DNA of 64,000 nucleotides from Dehalococcoidia bacterium. Its GTDB lineage: Bacteria; Chloroflexota; Dehalococcoidia; Bin125. Positions within the stretch are counted from its first letter, which is position 1. Every line of letters begins with the position of its first letter. Shown here piece after piece: positions 1 through 7,821 of this stretch. Location of the stretch: assembly GCA_963663235.2 (NCBI GenBank), contig CAXXNO010000004.1, positions 32,001 through 96,000 on the forward strand, written 5' to 3'. The notes beneath the pieces were generated by a model, which worked only from the letters and a program-made list of their open reading frames with translations, was not told the origin of the DNA and did no database searches. The translations under genes and the position numbers were made by a program.

Positions 1-2
1 CG

Positions 3-512
3 CTGACCCCGGGCAGCGTCGTGATCATGCGGCGCACCGGCGTGGTACCCATCGCCCCGCCGCATCAGTTCTACGGGTCCGCCGCCGCCGGATCCGGCAC
101 CGCCATCGACGGCGAGCTCGTCCCCGACGGCACGGTCATCACCGCCCGGAACGAGGATGGGAAAGCGGTTGGGAGAACGGCGGTCGCCGCGGGCGACTGG
201 GTCATCTATGTCTACCGGGCGGACGCCGCCAGCGTGACCTTCAGCATCACGGGGTCCGTCCGCAGCAGGCCCTACGACGTCGTCATCGCCGCCCGCACCG
301 AAGTCGCCCTGGACCTCGCTGCGCTGGATGCCGGCGGCGGCGATGGCGATGCTGCCGCCCGTGGCCCCGAACTCCTCCCGAATACCGGCAGCGGCGGCAT
401 CGCCGGCAGCGGCGGACTCGCTGGCGGGCGCGGTCTCCTGGCGCTGGCGGTGGCCCTCGCGGTCAGCGTGGCGCTGGCCGGCATGGCCGTCGTGCGGCGC
501 ACGCGCGCCTGA
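3..512 (+). CDS. Surface protein with LPXTG-type sorting signal (5'-partial)
   Basis: Frame is open from the window edge. C-terminus has LPNTG, a Gly-rich spacer, a hydrophobic helix (LLALAVALAVSVALAGMAVV) and a basic tail RRTRA. Confidence 0.75.
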   Translation: MTPGSVVIMRRTGVVPIAPPHQFYGSAAAGSGTAIDGELVPDGTVITARNEDGKAVGRTAVAAGDWVIYVYRADAASVTFSITGSVRSRPYDVVIAARTEVALDLAALDAGGGDGDAAARGPELLPNTGSGGIAGSGGLAGGRGLLALAVALAVSVALAGMAVVRRTRA

Positions 513-587
513 GCGTCGGGGGCGCCTCGGCCGGACGCCTCAACCGGCGCAGGGGGGCCGAACGCCCCGGCGACGAGCAGCCCGCGA

Positions 588-725
588 TCAGGCCCCCACG
601 ACCGGGTTGCGCAGGACGCCAATGCCCTCCGCTCCGATCCCCACCACGTCGCCGGCGGAGAGGCGCCCCGCCCGCGGCGGCACCCCCGTGCGCCGCACCA
701 GGTCGCCGGCGCCGGCGTAGGGGCC
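588..725 (-). pseudogene. Fumarylacetoacetate hydrolase family C-terminal remnant
   Basis: Translates ...GDLVRRTGVPPRAGRLSAGDVVGIGAEGIGVLRNPVVGA*, resembling the FAH C-terminal GDVVxxxIEGIGxLRNPV motif. No N-terminal domain upstream. Confidence 0.5.
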
Positions 726-1048
726 ATGGGGGCCGCTCCTGCCGGCGGCGGCGGAGAGCATCCGTCTCCATCCGCGCTGGACCGAGGGCGGCTGGCGGGG
801 GCCGGACGGGGCCGGCATCGCCGAGGCCTCGGGGGCGGACGTGCTCGCGCAGGTGGGGGTGATCTACCGCTGGCTCGCGGCGACGCAGTCCTGGACCAGC
901 TTCCGCCCCGGCGCCCCGGCGATCCTGAGCGCGTTCGACACGTTCGCGACGGGGGGAAGCTACTGGATCGCCGTCGCGGAGGAGGTGGAGTGGGTCGTCG
1001 GGGGGGACGGAGGCTGAGCGCCGCTGCCCTCAGCCCTCCACAACATCG

Positions 1049-1096
1049 TGCTTCCCAAGCAGAGGGTCGTGGGTTCGAGTCCCATCTCCCGCTCCA
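1049..1096 (+). other. 3' fragment of tRNA-Gly(CCC), att-like scar 1
   Basis: tgcttCCCaagcagagggtcgtgggttcgagtcccatctcccgctCCA: anticodon loop, T-arm with GTTCGA, acceptor 3' strand and CCA. The 5' half (D-arm) is absent. Confidence 0.85.
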
Positions 1097-1288
1097 CCCC
1101 TTTCGCATACGACGCCCGGCGTCTGGCTAGGCTCTCTTCGTGCCCCGTGGTTGACCATCTGCTTTCGAGGCGGAGGGTTTCAGGCGCCTTTCGGAGCAGC
1201 ATCCGGCTGGTCAGCGATGCAGACTCTCCAGCCCTTTCCAGAACGGGATCGACCGTCATCCGCCATCGCGTGGTGATCCCGCTCCAGG

Positions 1289-2242
1289 GGGTCTGTCAGA
1301 TCTCAGACAAGCAACGCTCTGCGGTGGGCGTTCTCATATCCGCCGGGTGGCTAGGCCGTCGCGAGCTCCCCGATCAACGAACGCCAGCGCGTGAGGAAGA
1401 GTCGTCGCTCGCCGGCGAGCGGGACGTGAGCTTCGCCGCGATGTCGGACTCGGAAATACTGTCTCAGCGCATCGAAGGCGGCACAGAAGCGTGACGCTGA
1501 CTGGAAGCTCCCGAAGCCGAGCATCGGGTAGTAACGCTGCTTCACGCCGCGATGGCTCTGCTCGGTGTAGTTGTTCAGGTACTGGGTCGTCCGGTGCCAT
1601 GCCTTCCGGCCGATGATCCAACGGATGGCCCGCCGATACGCGGGGTGCAGGGCAGTGGTGATCCGTGCGGGCTTTCCTTCGGCGACCTCGACGAGCCGCC
1701 GCAGGAACCGACGTGCGGCACGCTTGTCGCGGCGCTCGCTCAGCATCGAGTCGATGAGATCACCACGATGGTCGATCGCCCGGTAAAGGTAGCACCAGCG
1801 CCCGCCGACCTTCACGTAGGTCTCGTCGAGGTACCAAGAGACACCAGCTCGACCGCGTCGCTTCGCTCGCAGCTGCTCACTGACCAACGGAGCGAACCTG
1901 AACTCCCAGGCGCGAACCGTCTCGTGAGTTACCTCGAACCCACGCTGGAGCAGCATCTCAGCGACATCGCGGAAGCTCAGCTTGTAGCGCAGGCGCCACA
2001 GCACCGCGAGCAGTACGACGTCCGTTGGGTACTGGAGTTCGTTGAACGGTGTGCTGGTCCGCTCGTTGAAGACGCTCCGGCAAGCGCGGCAGGCGAACGA
2101 GCGGTATCCAAGCGAGGTGCGCCGGCGACGCCCACTGGTCTGATTCGAGTCACAGCGCGGACAAATCACCATCGGTCCTCTCCTGCATCGCCCATGAGCG
2201 CGACGCTAGCATGAGAGTCGTGGTCTGAGAACTGACAGAGCC
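1289..2242 (-). mobile_element. IS6-family insertion sequence (copy 1)
   Basis: Terminal inverted repeats GGGTCTGTCAGATCTCAGACAA / GGCTCTGTCAGTTCTCAGACCA (19 of 22 match) enclosing a transposase. No target duplication seen. Confidence 0.9.
1351..2172 (-). CDS. IS6-family transposase (second catalytic Asp replaced by Ala)
   Basis: N-terminal CPRC...CRAC, LSFRDVAE, WYLDETYVKVGGRWCYLYRAID, NNYTEQSHR. Reads ITTALH where sister copies read ITTDAH. Confidence 0.9.
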   Translation of the reverse strand: MVICPRCDSNQTSGRRRRTSLGYRSFACRACRSVFNERTSTPFNELQYPTDVVLLAVLWRLRYKLSFRDVAEMLLQRGFEVTHETVRAWEFRFAPLVSEQLRAKRRGRAGVSWYLDETYVKVGGRWCYLYRAIDHRGDLIDSMLSERRDKRAARRFLRRLVEVAEGKPARITTALHPAYRRAIRWIIGRKAWHRTTQYLNNYTEQSHRGVKQRYYPMLGFGSFQSASRFCAAFDALRQYFRVRHRGEAHVPLAGERRLFLTRWRSLIGELATA

Positions 2243-2244
2243 GG

Positions 2245-2539
2245 CTCAAACAGCTGCTGCGGCGGCGCGGCCGGGCCGCGGGCGTCCCGCGCGTCCATGC
2301 CCATCGCTTCCGGCACACCTTCGCCACTTGGGCCATCGCGCACGACGCCCGCGAGCTCGATGTCCAGCACCTGCTCGGCCACCGCTCCCCGGCCATGGTG
2401 CGCCGCTACAGCGCGACCTATGGCAGCCGCCCAGGCGGCGGCCGAGCGCCACGCCGCCTTCTCCCCCGGCGACGGGATGCTGACGGCGGCTGGCGGATGC
2501 CCCCGGTCGCGCCCCCTCCCAGCATGTGTTTTTCAATGA
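2245..2539 (+). pseudogene. Tyrosine recombinase/integrase C-terminal remnant
   Basis: Hand translation: LKQLLRRRGRAAGVPRVHAHRFRHTFATWAIAHDARELDVQHLLG/HRSPAMVRRYSATYGS/AQAAAERHAAFSPGD, with HxxRH, LLGH and catalytic Y. Two +1 frameshifts; 5' part replaced by IS6. Confidence 0.85.
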
Positions 2540-2581
2540 TCATGTGATGCAGTTTGGGGGCCCCGGTACCGGCTCCCCATG

Positions 2582-2630
2582 CTGCTTCCCAAGCAGAGGG
2601 TCGAGGGTTCGAATCCCTTCTCCCGCTCCA
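2582..2630 (+). other. 3' fragment of tRNA-Gly(CCC), att-like scar 2
   Basis: ctgcttCCCaagcagagggtcgagggttcgaatcccttctcccgctCCA; 5' half absent; lies 43 bp downstream of the integrase remnant. Confidence 0.85.
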
Positions 2631-2631
2631 A

Positions 2632-2652
2632 CTTCGCCACCCCGTGGCGAAG
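2632..2652. terminator. Hairpin immediately 3' of the tRNA fragment
   Basis: cttcgccac-ccc-gtggcgaag, a perfect 9-bp stem with no clear U-tract. Confidence 0.4.
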
Positions 2653-2847
2653 AAGCGCCGAGTCACCGGGCTGAAATCGCCGATCTCGTCGCCCTGCGGG
2701 GGGGCGTCGTCCAGAGCGGTCATCCGCCCTCGTTCTAAAGCCGACACCGCGCTGGCCAGGAAGATGGAGCCCCGGCACTCGCGAATCGTTGCTCATAGCT
2801 GCCTGTTTCTCCCCTTGCGACCGCTGGGCGGCGGCGCGCTACCGGCC

Positions 2848-4596
2848 CTAACCCTCGACGGTCACGGCAATCGTGTGGTGCCCCGTGGCGCCATCGGGAA
2901 ACGGCTCCATCCGCTCGGCCGTCTGCACCATGCCGCTGCGATCGATCGCGCGTACCTCGAGGCGGAACGCGCCCTCGGTGGCGGGCCAGTCGACCACCCA
3001 CTGACGCCAACTGCTGTCGGACAGCTCCTCGCTCAGAACGGCGTCGATCCATCCGCCTTCCGAAGGCTGCGCGCCGGGCGATCGCTCGCCTGGCCGAACC
3101 TGAACGCCGCTGACGCCGCTCAGCCCGCCCCAGGCGACGCCGGCGACGCGCACGTTGCCGGGCGCGAGCGTGGCGCCGGCGTGCGGGACGTCGATGCGCG
3201 ACTGCAGCTTGATCGGCGCCTGCTGGGCCCAGCCTCGCCGCACCCAGTAGGAATCGAAGGAGTCGAGCGTCGACAGCTCGATCTCGCCGAGCCACTTCGT
3301 CGCGGAGACGTAGCCGTAGAGCCCCGGCACGATCAGGCGCGCCGGGAACCCGTGCTCGGCCGGCAGCGGCTCGCCGTTCATGCCGACTACCACCATCGAC
3401 TCGCGCCCGTCGAGCGCGACGTCCGTGGGGAAGCCGACGGTGAAACCATCGACGGCGCGCCCGATCACCTGCGTGGCGCCGGCCTGAACGCCCGCCTCGC
3501 GCAGCAACGTGGGAAGCGGGACGCCGAGCCAGTAGGCGTTCCCGACGAGGCCCTGCCCCACCCTGTTCGAGACGCACGCGAGGGTCACCGACTCCTCGCG
3601 CAGGCTCATTGCGAGGAGTTCGTCGAACGTGAACTCCGCCGGGCGGTCGACCATCCCGGTGAGCTGGAGCCGCCACCGCGTACTGTCGATGCGGGGTACC
3701 GAGAGCGCCGTATCGATGCGGTAGAACTTGCTATTCGGCGTGACGAGCGGCGAGATGCCCGGCACCGTGGCGGGTCCGGCGCGGACGACGGGTGCGGGCT
3801 CGGGCGTCGGCTCGGGTGTCGGTTCGGGCGTGACGGTCGCGGTCGGCGTTGCCTCGGCGGGCGCGGTCTCGGCTGTGGCCGTCGCTTTGGGCGGGGCGCT
3901 CACGCTGGGGGTTGGCGAGGGCAGTGCGGCGGTCGCGGCCCCCGCGGGCCGTGACGCCGGCGTCGAGGTGCTCGGCGGCGGCAGCACGATTGCGGCGCGC
4001 TGCGCTTCCACATCGACCGCCGGGCCGATCAGGCGCCGCCCCAGGGACACCGAGACCGCTGCCGCCGCCAGCCCGCCGCCGGCGAACTGCAGGAAGCGCC
4101 TTCGCCCGAGGCGCTTCTCCTGCGGATCGGGCGAAGGCGCGGCGGCGGCCGACGGACCGGCCTGGGTCGCTGCGTTGAGCAGCAAGAGGAGCGTCGCGGC
4201 CCCCGCGATTCCGGCGGCGAGCGCGGTGGTCCAGGCCTGTGCGGGCGAGGTGAACGGATCGCGGGCCCCCACGAGCCCGCCGACGAGGGCGAAGACCGCC
4301 AAGGCGGCTACGCCGATCGCGCGGTAGCGCATCGCGAGCGGCCCCAGGGCCGCGCCCAGCAGCAACGAGGTGGCGACGATGCCAACGAGCAGTGCGGGCT
4401 TGTCGTTCGTGCCGAAGGTTTCGATCGCCGCGCCGGAGACGGAACGCGGGGAGCTGTCGATGATTACGTCTCCGATCGCCACGACCAGCGACTCGCCGTC
4501 GACGAGGCGCGCGACGAACTCGGCGACAGCCAGCGCCACCGCCGCGGCGACGAGTCCCGCGACCGCGCCAGGCCACCACTCGCGAAGTTGCTGCAT
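2848..4596 (-). CDS. Membrane-bound molybdopterin-dependent oxidoreductase (sulfite oxidase/MsrP-like)
   Basis: About 5 N-terminal TM helices, internal GRRRFL twin-arginine motif, Pro/Thr linker, FYRIDTAL, LACVSN (Mo-binding Cys), HGFPARLIVPGLYG, ATKWL. Confidence 0.9.
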   Translation of the reverse strand: MQQLREWWPGAVAGLVAAAVALAVAEFVARLVDGESLVVAIGDVIIDSSPRSVSGAAIETFGTNDKPALLVGIVATSLLLGAALGPLAMRYRAIGVAALAVFALVGGLVGARDPFTSPAQAWTTALAAGIAGAATLLLLLNAATQAGPSAAAAPSPDPQEKRLGRRRFLQFAGGGLAAAAVSVSLGRRLIGPAVDVEAQRAAIVLPPPSTSTPASRPAGAATAALPSPTPSVSAPPKATATAETAPAEATPTATVTPEPTPEPTPEPAPVVRAGPATVPGISPLVTPNSKFYRIDTALSVPRIDSTRWRLQLTGMVDRPAEFTFDELLAMSLREESVTLACVSNRVGQGLVGNAYWLGVPLPTLLREAGVQAGATQVIGRAVDGFTVGFPTDVALDGRESMVVVGMNGEPLPAEHGFPARLIVPGLYGYVSATKWLGEIELSTLDSFDSYWVRRGWAQQAPIKLQSRIDVPHAGATLAPGNVRVAGVAWGGLSGVSGVQVRPGERSPGAQPSEGGWIDAVLSEELSDSSWRQWVVDWPATEGAFRLEVRAIDRSGMVQTAERMEPFPDGATGHHTIAVTVEG

Positions 4597-4719
4597 GCCG
4601 ACGCCCCTACTCTCGACACCCCGCGGCCGGATCTCGATCCTCTGCCGCCAGCTTCAGCGTAGCGCCGAATCCTTTCGGAACCCTGCGCCAGACCCCGTTA
4701 TGGGAGAGCCGGATGCCGC

Positions 4720-4822
4720 CCTGGCGGAGCAGTTCGGCGCCGATGAAGGTCTTGCCCAGCCCGACGACGTCGCCGATGTAGCAGCCGCCATGGATGTCGA
4801 TCATCGCCAGGCCGCGGCGCAC
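4720..4822 (-). pseudogene. SNF2-like helicase fragment (Walker A region)
   Basis: VRRGLAMIDIHGGCYIGDVVGLGKTFIGAELLRQ carries the DxVGLGKT motif I of SNF2-type helicases; only about 35 codons remain. Confidence 0.6.
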
Positions 4823-4916
4823 CGAACGCCCCCTTCTCGGAGTGGGGCCAGACCTTCGCCGATCCCCGGCTTGCCGCTGCGGTCATGCCCGTCCACCATC
4901 AGCTAGGCTCTGCGTC

Positions 4917-5333
4917 ATGGCGGCACTCGCGCTCGTAACTGGTCCAGCTGGAAGCGGGAAGACTGAGCGGCTGATTCAGCGTGCCGCCGAGCGCTACGAG
5001 GCCGATCGATTCGCGTCAACGCTCGTGCTCGTGCCCACGGCGCGACACGGCGACCAGTTCCGTCGCCGACTCGTCTCGCGCTGCGGAGTCGCGCTCGCCC
5101 TCGATGTCCTCACCCTCGCGCTCTTCACGCGACGATACGTCAGCGCCAACATGCCGCCCTACGAGGTCGCCGCGGAGCTGTTGTGGCGAGTCACGCGCGA
5201 GCGAACGGCGAGCGGGGAGGCTCAGCGATTCCAGCCGATCGCCGAGACTCCGGGACTGCACGAGCTTGTCGGCTCGGCCGTCGGGGAGCTCGTCACGGCC
5301 GGCACCGGCCCGCATGCTGGCCCGCCAGCTTAG
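4917..5333 (+). pseudogene. AddB/UvrD-like helicase-nuclease N-terminal fragment
   Basis: MAALALVTGPAGSGKTERLI...TLVLVPT resembles the AddB/RexB-like N-terminus; only 138 aa. Its TAG (5331-5333) directly abuts CRISPR repeat 1. Confidence 0.65.
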
Positions 5334-5597
5334 GTTTCAATCCTCGCCCGGCCCGCAGGCCGGGCGCTACGGACACGTGGACGGTGAAGTTGGACGCGCG
5401 ACCGACGTTTCAATCCTCGCCCGGCCCGCAGGCCGGGCGCTACTTCCTCGCAGTCTTCGCGGTCGTCAGGACGGATCCCGTCTATGTTTCAATCCTCGCC
5501 CGGCCCGCAGGCCGGGCGCTACGCGGCGTGCTTCACCGTGCCGGCGTGTGGCCGTTCGTGGTTTCAATCCTCGCCCGGCCCGCAGGCCGGGCGCTAC
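5334..5597 (-). CRISPR. Orphan CRISPR array: 4 identical 37-bp repeats, 3 spacers (36, 42, 38 bp)
   Basis: GTTTCAATCCTCGCCCGGCCCGCAGGCCGGGCGCTAC at 5334, 5407, 5486 and 5561. Reverse complement ends ATTGAAAC and has a strong hairpin (CGCCCGGCC/GGCCGGGCG), a type I-C-like pattern. No cas gene in the window. Confidence 0.95.
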
Positions 5598-5735
5598 CTC
5601 GTTACCGAAACGGCGGTCGGCAGCGTGATTGCGAAGCGGGGCCTCGATCGATGCGAGGTCCCAAGCGACGCTCAGACCGGTATCGAGATGTGGGGCCGGG
5701 CGTTCTCGCGCTCCCGCTCGCGTGGGCCATCGCCA
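5598..5735 (-). promoter_or_regulatory. Putative CRISPR leader
   Basis: Non-repeat DNA on the side predicted to be 5' of the array from repeat orientation; contains GCGAGCG...ACCTCGCA elements on the minus strand reminiscent of type I leaders. Confidence 0.4.
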
Positions 5736-5764
5736 TGATTCGGGATGAAATTGCTGCACTGAAG

Positions 5765-6854
5765 GCGCTGGATTCCCAACTGAACCGAGATGGGTCTTTG
5801 TCGACGAATGTCGTCGCATCCGCCAGCCTCTGCGAGCGCAGCCGGCCCGCCGCATGCACGGCAAAAGCTCGAACCTGCTCGTTGTAGAAATCGATCATGA
5901 TGACCCCGCCCGCAGGCGAGTCCGCCAGCCGGTTGCTGGCCCAGCGGATCGCGCGGATGTACGAGTCGTACAGCGAGTTCTTGTTGGTCGACTTCGACCG
6001 GGCGGCGTATGTGCTCTGGATGGACGCATCCAGCGTCGGGTAGGCCATGTTCTGGTTGTCGTCGTTCTGGGAGCGCTGGCCGACCGACCAGGGTGGGTTC
6101 GATACGATGACGCGGATGTCGAGCCCCTTCTGACGGTCGGCACGGTCGTTGTTACGGGGGAAGAAGACCGTGTCCATCGGGTTTCCTTCCTCGCTCATCT
6201 GGAAGGTGTCGGTGAGCACGATGCCGTCGAAGGGCCGGTATTCCGCACCGGGCTGCGCCCCCTGGTAGGCATTCTCAATGTTCATGGCTGCGATGTAGTA
6301 CGCCAGCAGTGTGATCTCGTTGGCGTGCAGCTCACCCGCGTACTTGCGCTCTAGTGCGTCTGGCGCAATCAGCCCGGTCGAGATCAAGCGCGAAACGAAC
6401 GTGCCTGTACCTACGAATGGTTCAAGGATATGCACGCCCTCGTCTGAGAGCGTCGCACCATCGAAGTGGCGGCCGAGCAGGTCGTTCACCGCGCGGTTGA
6501 TGAAGTCGACGATCTCAACCGGCGTGTAGACGATGCCGAGCGCCTCCACGGCGTTCGGGAGGGCCCGCCTGAAGAACTCCTCATACAGCCCGGTGATCAC
6601 GCGCTGACGACCCTCGGCGTTGTCGATGCCGCCGATCAGCTTCTGGACGTAGTCGTAGAAGTCCTCGATGGTCGAGGTCTCGGCCCCGAGTCCGCCGGCG
6701 TCGAGCGTCCCAATCATCGCCTGCATGACCTGCGACACCGGGTTGCGTCCGGCGAACTCTCCGCCGCCGAACAGGGCGTCGAAGACCGGCCGCGTGATCA
6801 GGTGCTGGGAGAGCATCTGGATCGCGTCGTCCGCGGTCACGGAATCGTTGAGGT
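5765..6854 (-). pseudogene. Type ISP/LlaGI-like (Mrr-helicase-N6-MTase) restriction-modification remnant
   Basis: QHLITRPVFDALF, GIVYTPVEIVDFI, ILEPFVGTGTF, ANEITLLAYYIA, NPPW, YDSYIRAIRWA. 5' end cut by IS6; apparent internal deletion (GGVI joined to MIDFYNEQV); homology stops after FSWES. Confidence 0.85.
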
Positions 6855-7808
6855 GGTTCTGTCAGATCTGAGGGCAGCGGGGCCAACGATGCGTGGTGAT
6901 CCGGCGAGCGTTGATGGTGTCCTAGGCGACCTGCATCTCCTGGATCAGGGACCGCCAGCGGGCGACGAACAGCGGGCGCCGCGTCGCCAACGGGATCGGT
7001 AGTCCGGGCCGGGGCGGAACGCGAAAGTACTGGCGCAGCGCATCGAAGGCCGCGCAGAACTGGGCAGCGGAAGCGAACCGCCCGAAGCCCCGCATCGGAT
7101 AGTAGCGCTGCTTGATGGCGCGGTGATCCTGCTCAATCCAGTTGTTGAGGTATTGATTGCAGCGATGTCGCACCTTCCGCCCGACGATCCACCGGATCGC
7201 CTTGCGATACGCGGGATGCGCGTCGGTCGTGATGCGTAAGGGCTTCCGTTCGGCGATCTGTATGAGACCCCGCAGGAAGCGTCGCGCGGCATGCTTGTCG
7301 CGGTGCGCGCTCAGCATCGAATCGAGCAGCGCGCCCTCCCGGTCGATCGCGCGATAGAGGTAGCACCATCGCCCGGCGACCTTCACGTAGGTCTCATCGA
7401 TGTACCAGGAGACGCCCGCGCGACCGCGCCGCTTGGCGCGAAGCCGGTCCGCCAGGAGTGGCGCGAAGCGGAACTCCCAATCGCGGATCGTCTCATGCGT
7501 CACCGTGTAGCCTCGCTCGAGGAGCAGTTCGGCGACGTCCCGGAAGCTGAGCTTGTACCGCAGGCGCCACAGCACGGCGAGCAGCACGAGGTCCGTCGGG
7601 TACTGGAGATCGTTGAAGGGCGTGCCGGTCCGCTCGTTGAAGCGCCGTCCACACGCGCGACAGTTGAATCGCTGGTAGCCTAGCGTCGTGCGATGCCTGC
7701 GCTTGGTCGTCGCAGTCGAGCGGCAGTGCGGACAGTGCATCGGCGTCTCCTCGTTGCGTCATGAACGAGGCGACGCTACGCCGACGAGCCCTGAGATCTG
7801 ACAGAACC
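6855..7808 (-). mobile_element. IS6-family insertion sequence (copy 2, apparently intact)
   Basis: Ends GGTTCTGTCAGATCT / AGATCTGACAGAACC (15-bp perfect IR); 954 bp; flanks gttgaggt and gcacctga are not duplicated. Confidence 0.95.
6922..7740 (-). CDS. IS6-family DDE transposase
   Basis: CPHC...CRAC zinc ribbon, WYIDETYVKV, ITTDAH, NNWIEQDHR; full DDE triad. Confidence 0.95.
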   Translation of the reverse strand: MHCPHCRSTATTKRRHRTTLGYQRFNCRACGRRFNERTGTPFNDLQYPTDLVLLAVLWRLRYKLSFRDVAELLLERGYTVTHETIRDWEFRFAPLLADRLRAKRRGRAGVSWYIDETYVKVAGRWCYLYRAIDREGALLDSMLSAHRDKHAARRFLRGLIQIAERKPLRITTDAHPAYRKAIRWIVGRKVRHRCNQYLNNWIEQDHRAIKQRYYPMRGFGRFASAAQFCAAFDALRQYFRVPPRPGLPIPLATRRPLFVARWRSLIQEMQVA

Positions 7809-7821
7809 GCACCTGATGGGC

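Noticed and set aside
1049-1096. Intact tRNA-Gly gene (also at 2582-2630)
   Set aside because: No 5' acceptor strand or D-arm upstream of either copy; they are only 3' fragments.
1277-1286. Third tRNA scar (tcccgctcca) just before IS6 copy 1
   Set aside because: Only 10 bp of GC-rich match; cannot be separated from chance.
3790-3835. Short tandem repeat (ggctcgggcgtc-like)
   Set aside because: Encodes the PEPT linker of the molybdoenzyme; not an independent repeat element.
2554-3954. 466-aa + strand ORF and similar long shadow ORFs (46088-47392, 57275-58531, 61052-62353, 62205-63443)
   Set aside because: Antisense to well-supported genes in high-GC DNA and without family motifs.
4794-5333. 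cas3 or other cas gene beside the array
   Set aside because: No HD domain, DEAH or RAMP features; short and AddB-like.
5598-5640. Fourth spacer and fifth repeat
   Set aside because: No repeat or degenerate repeat follows at the expected distance.
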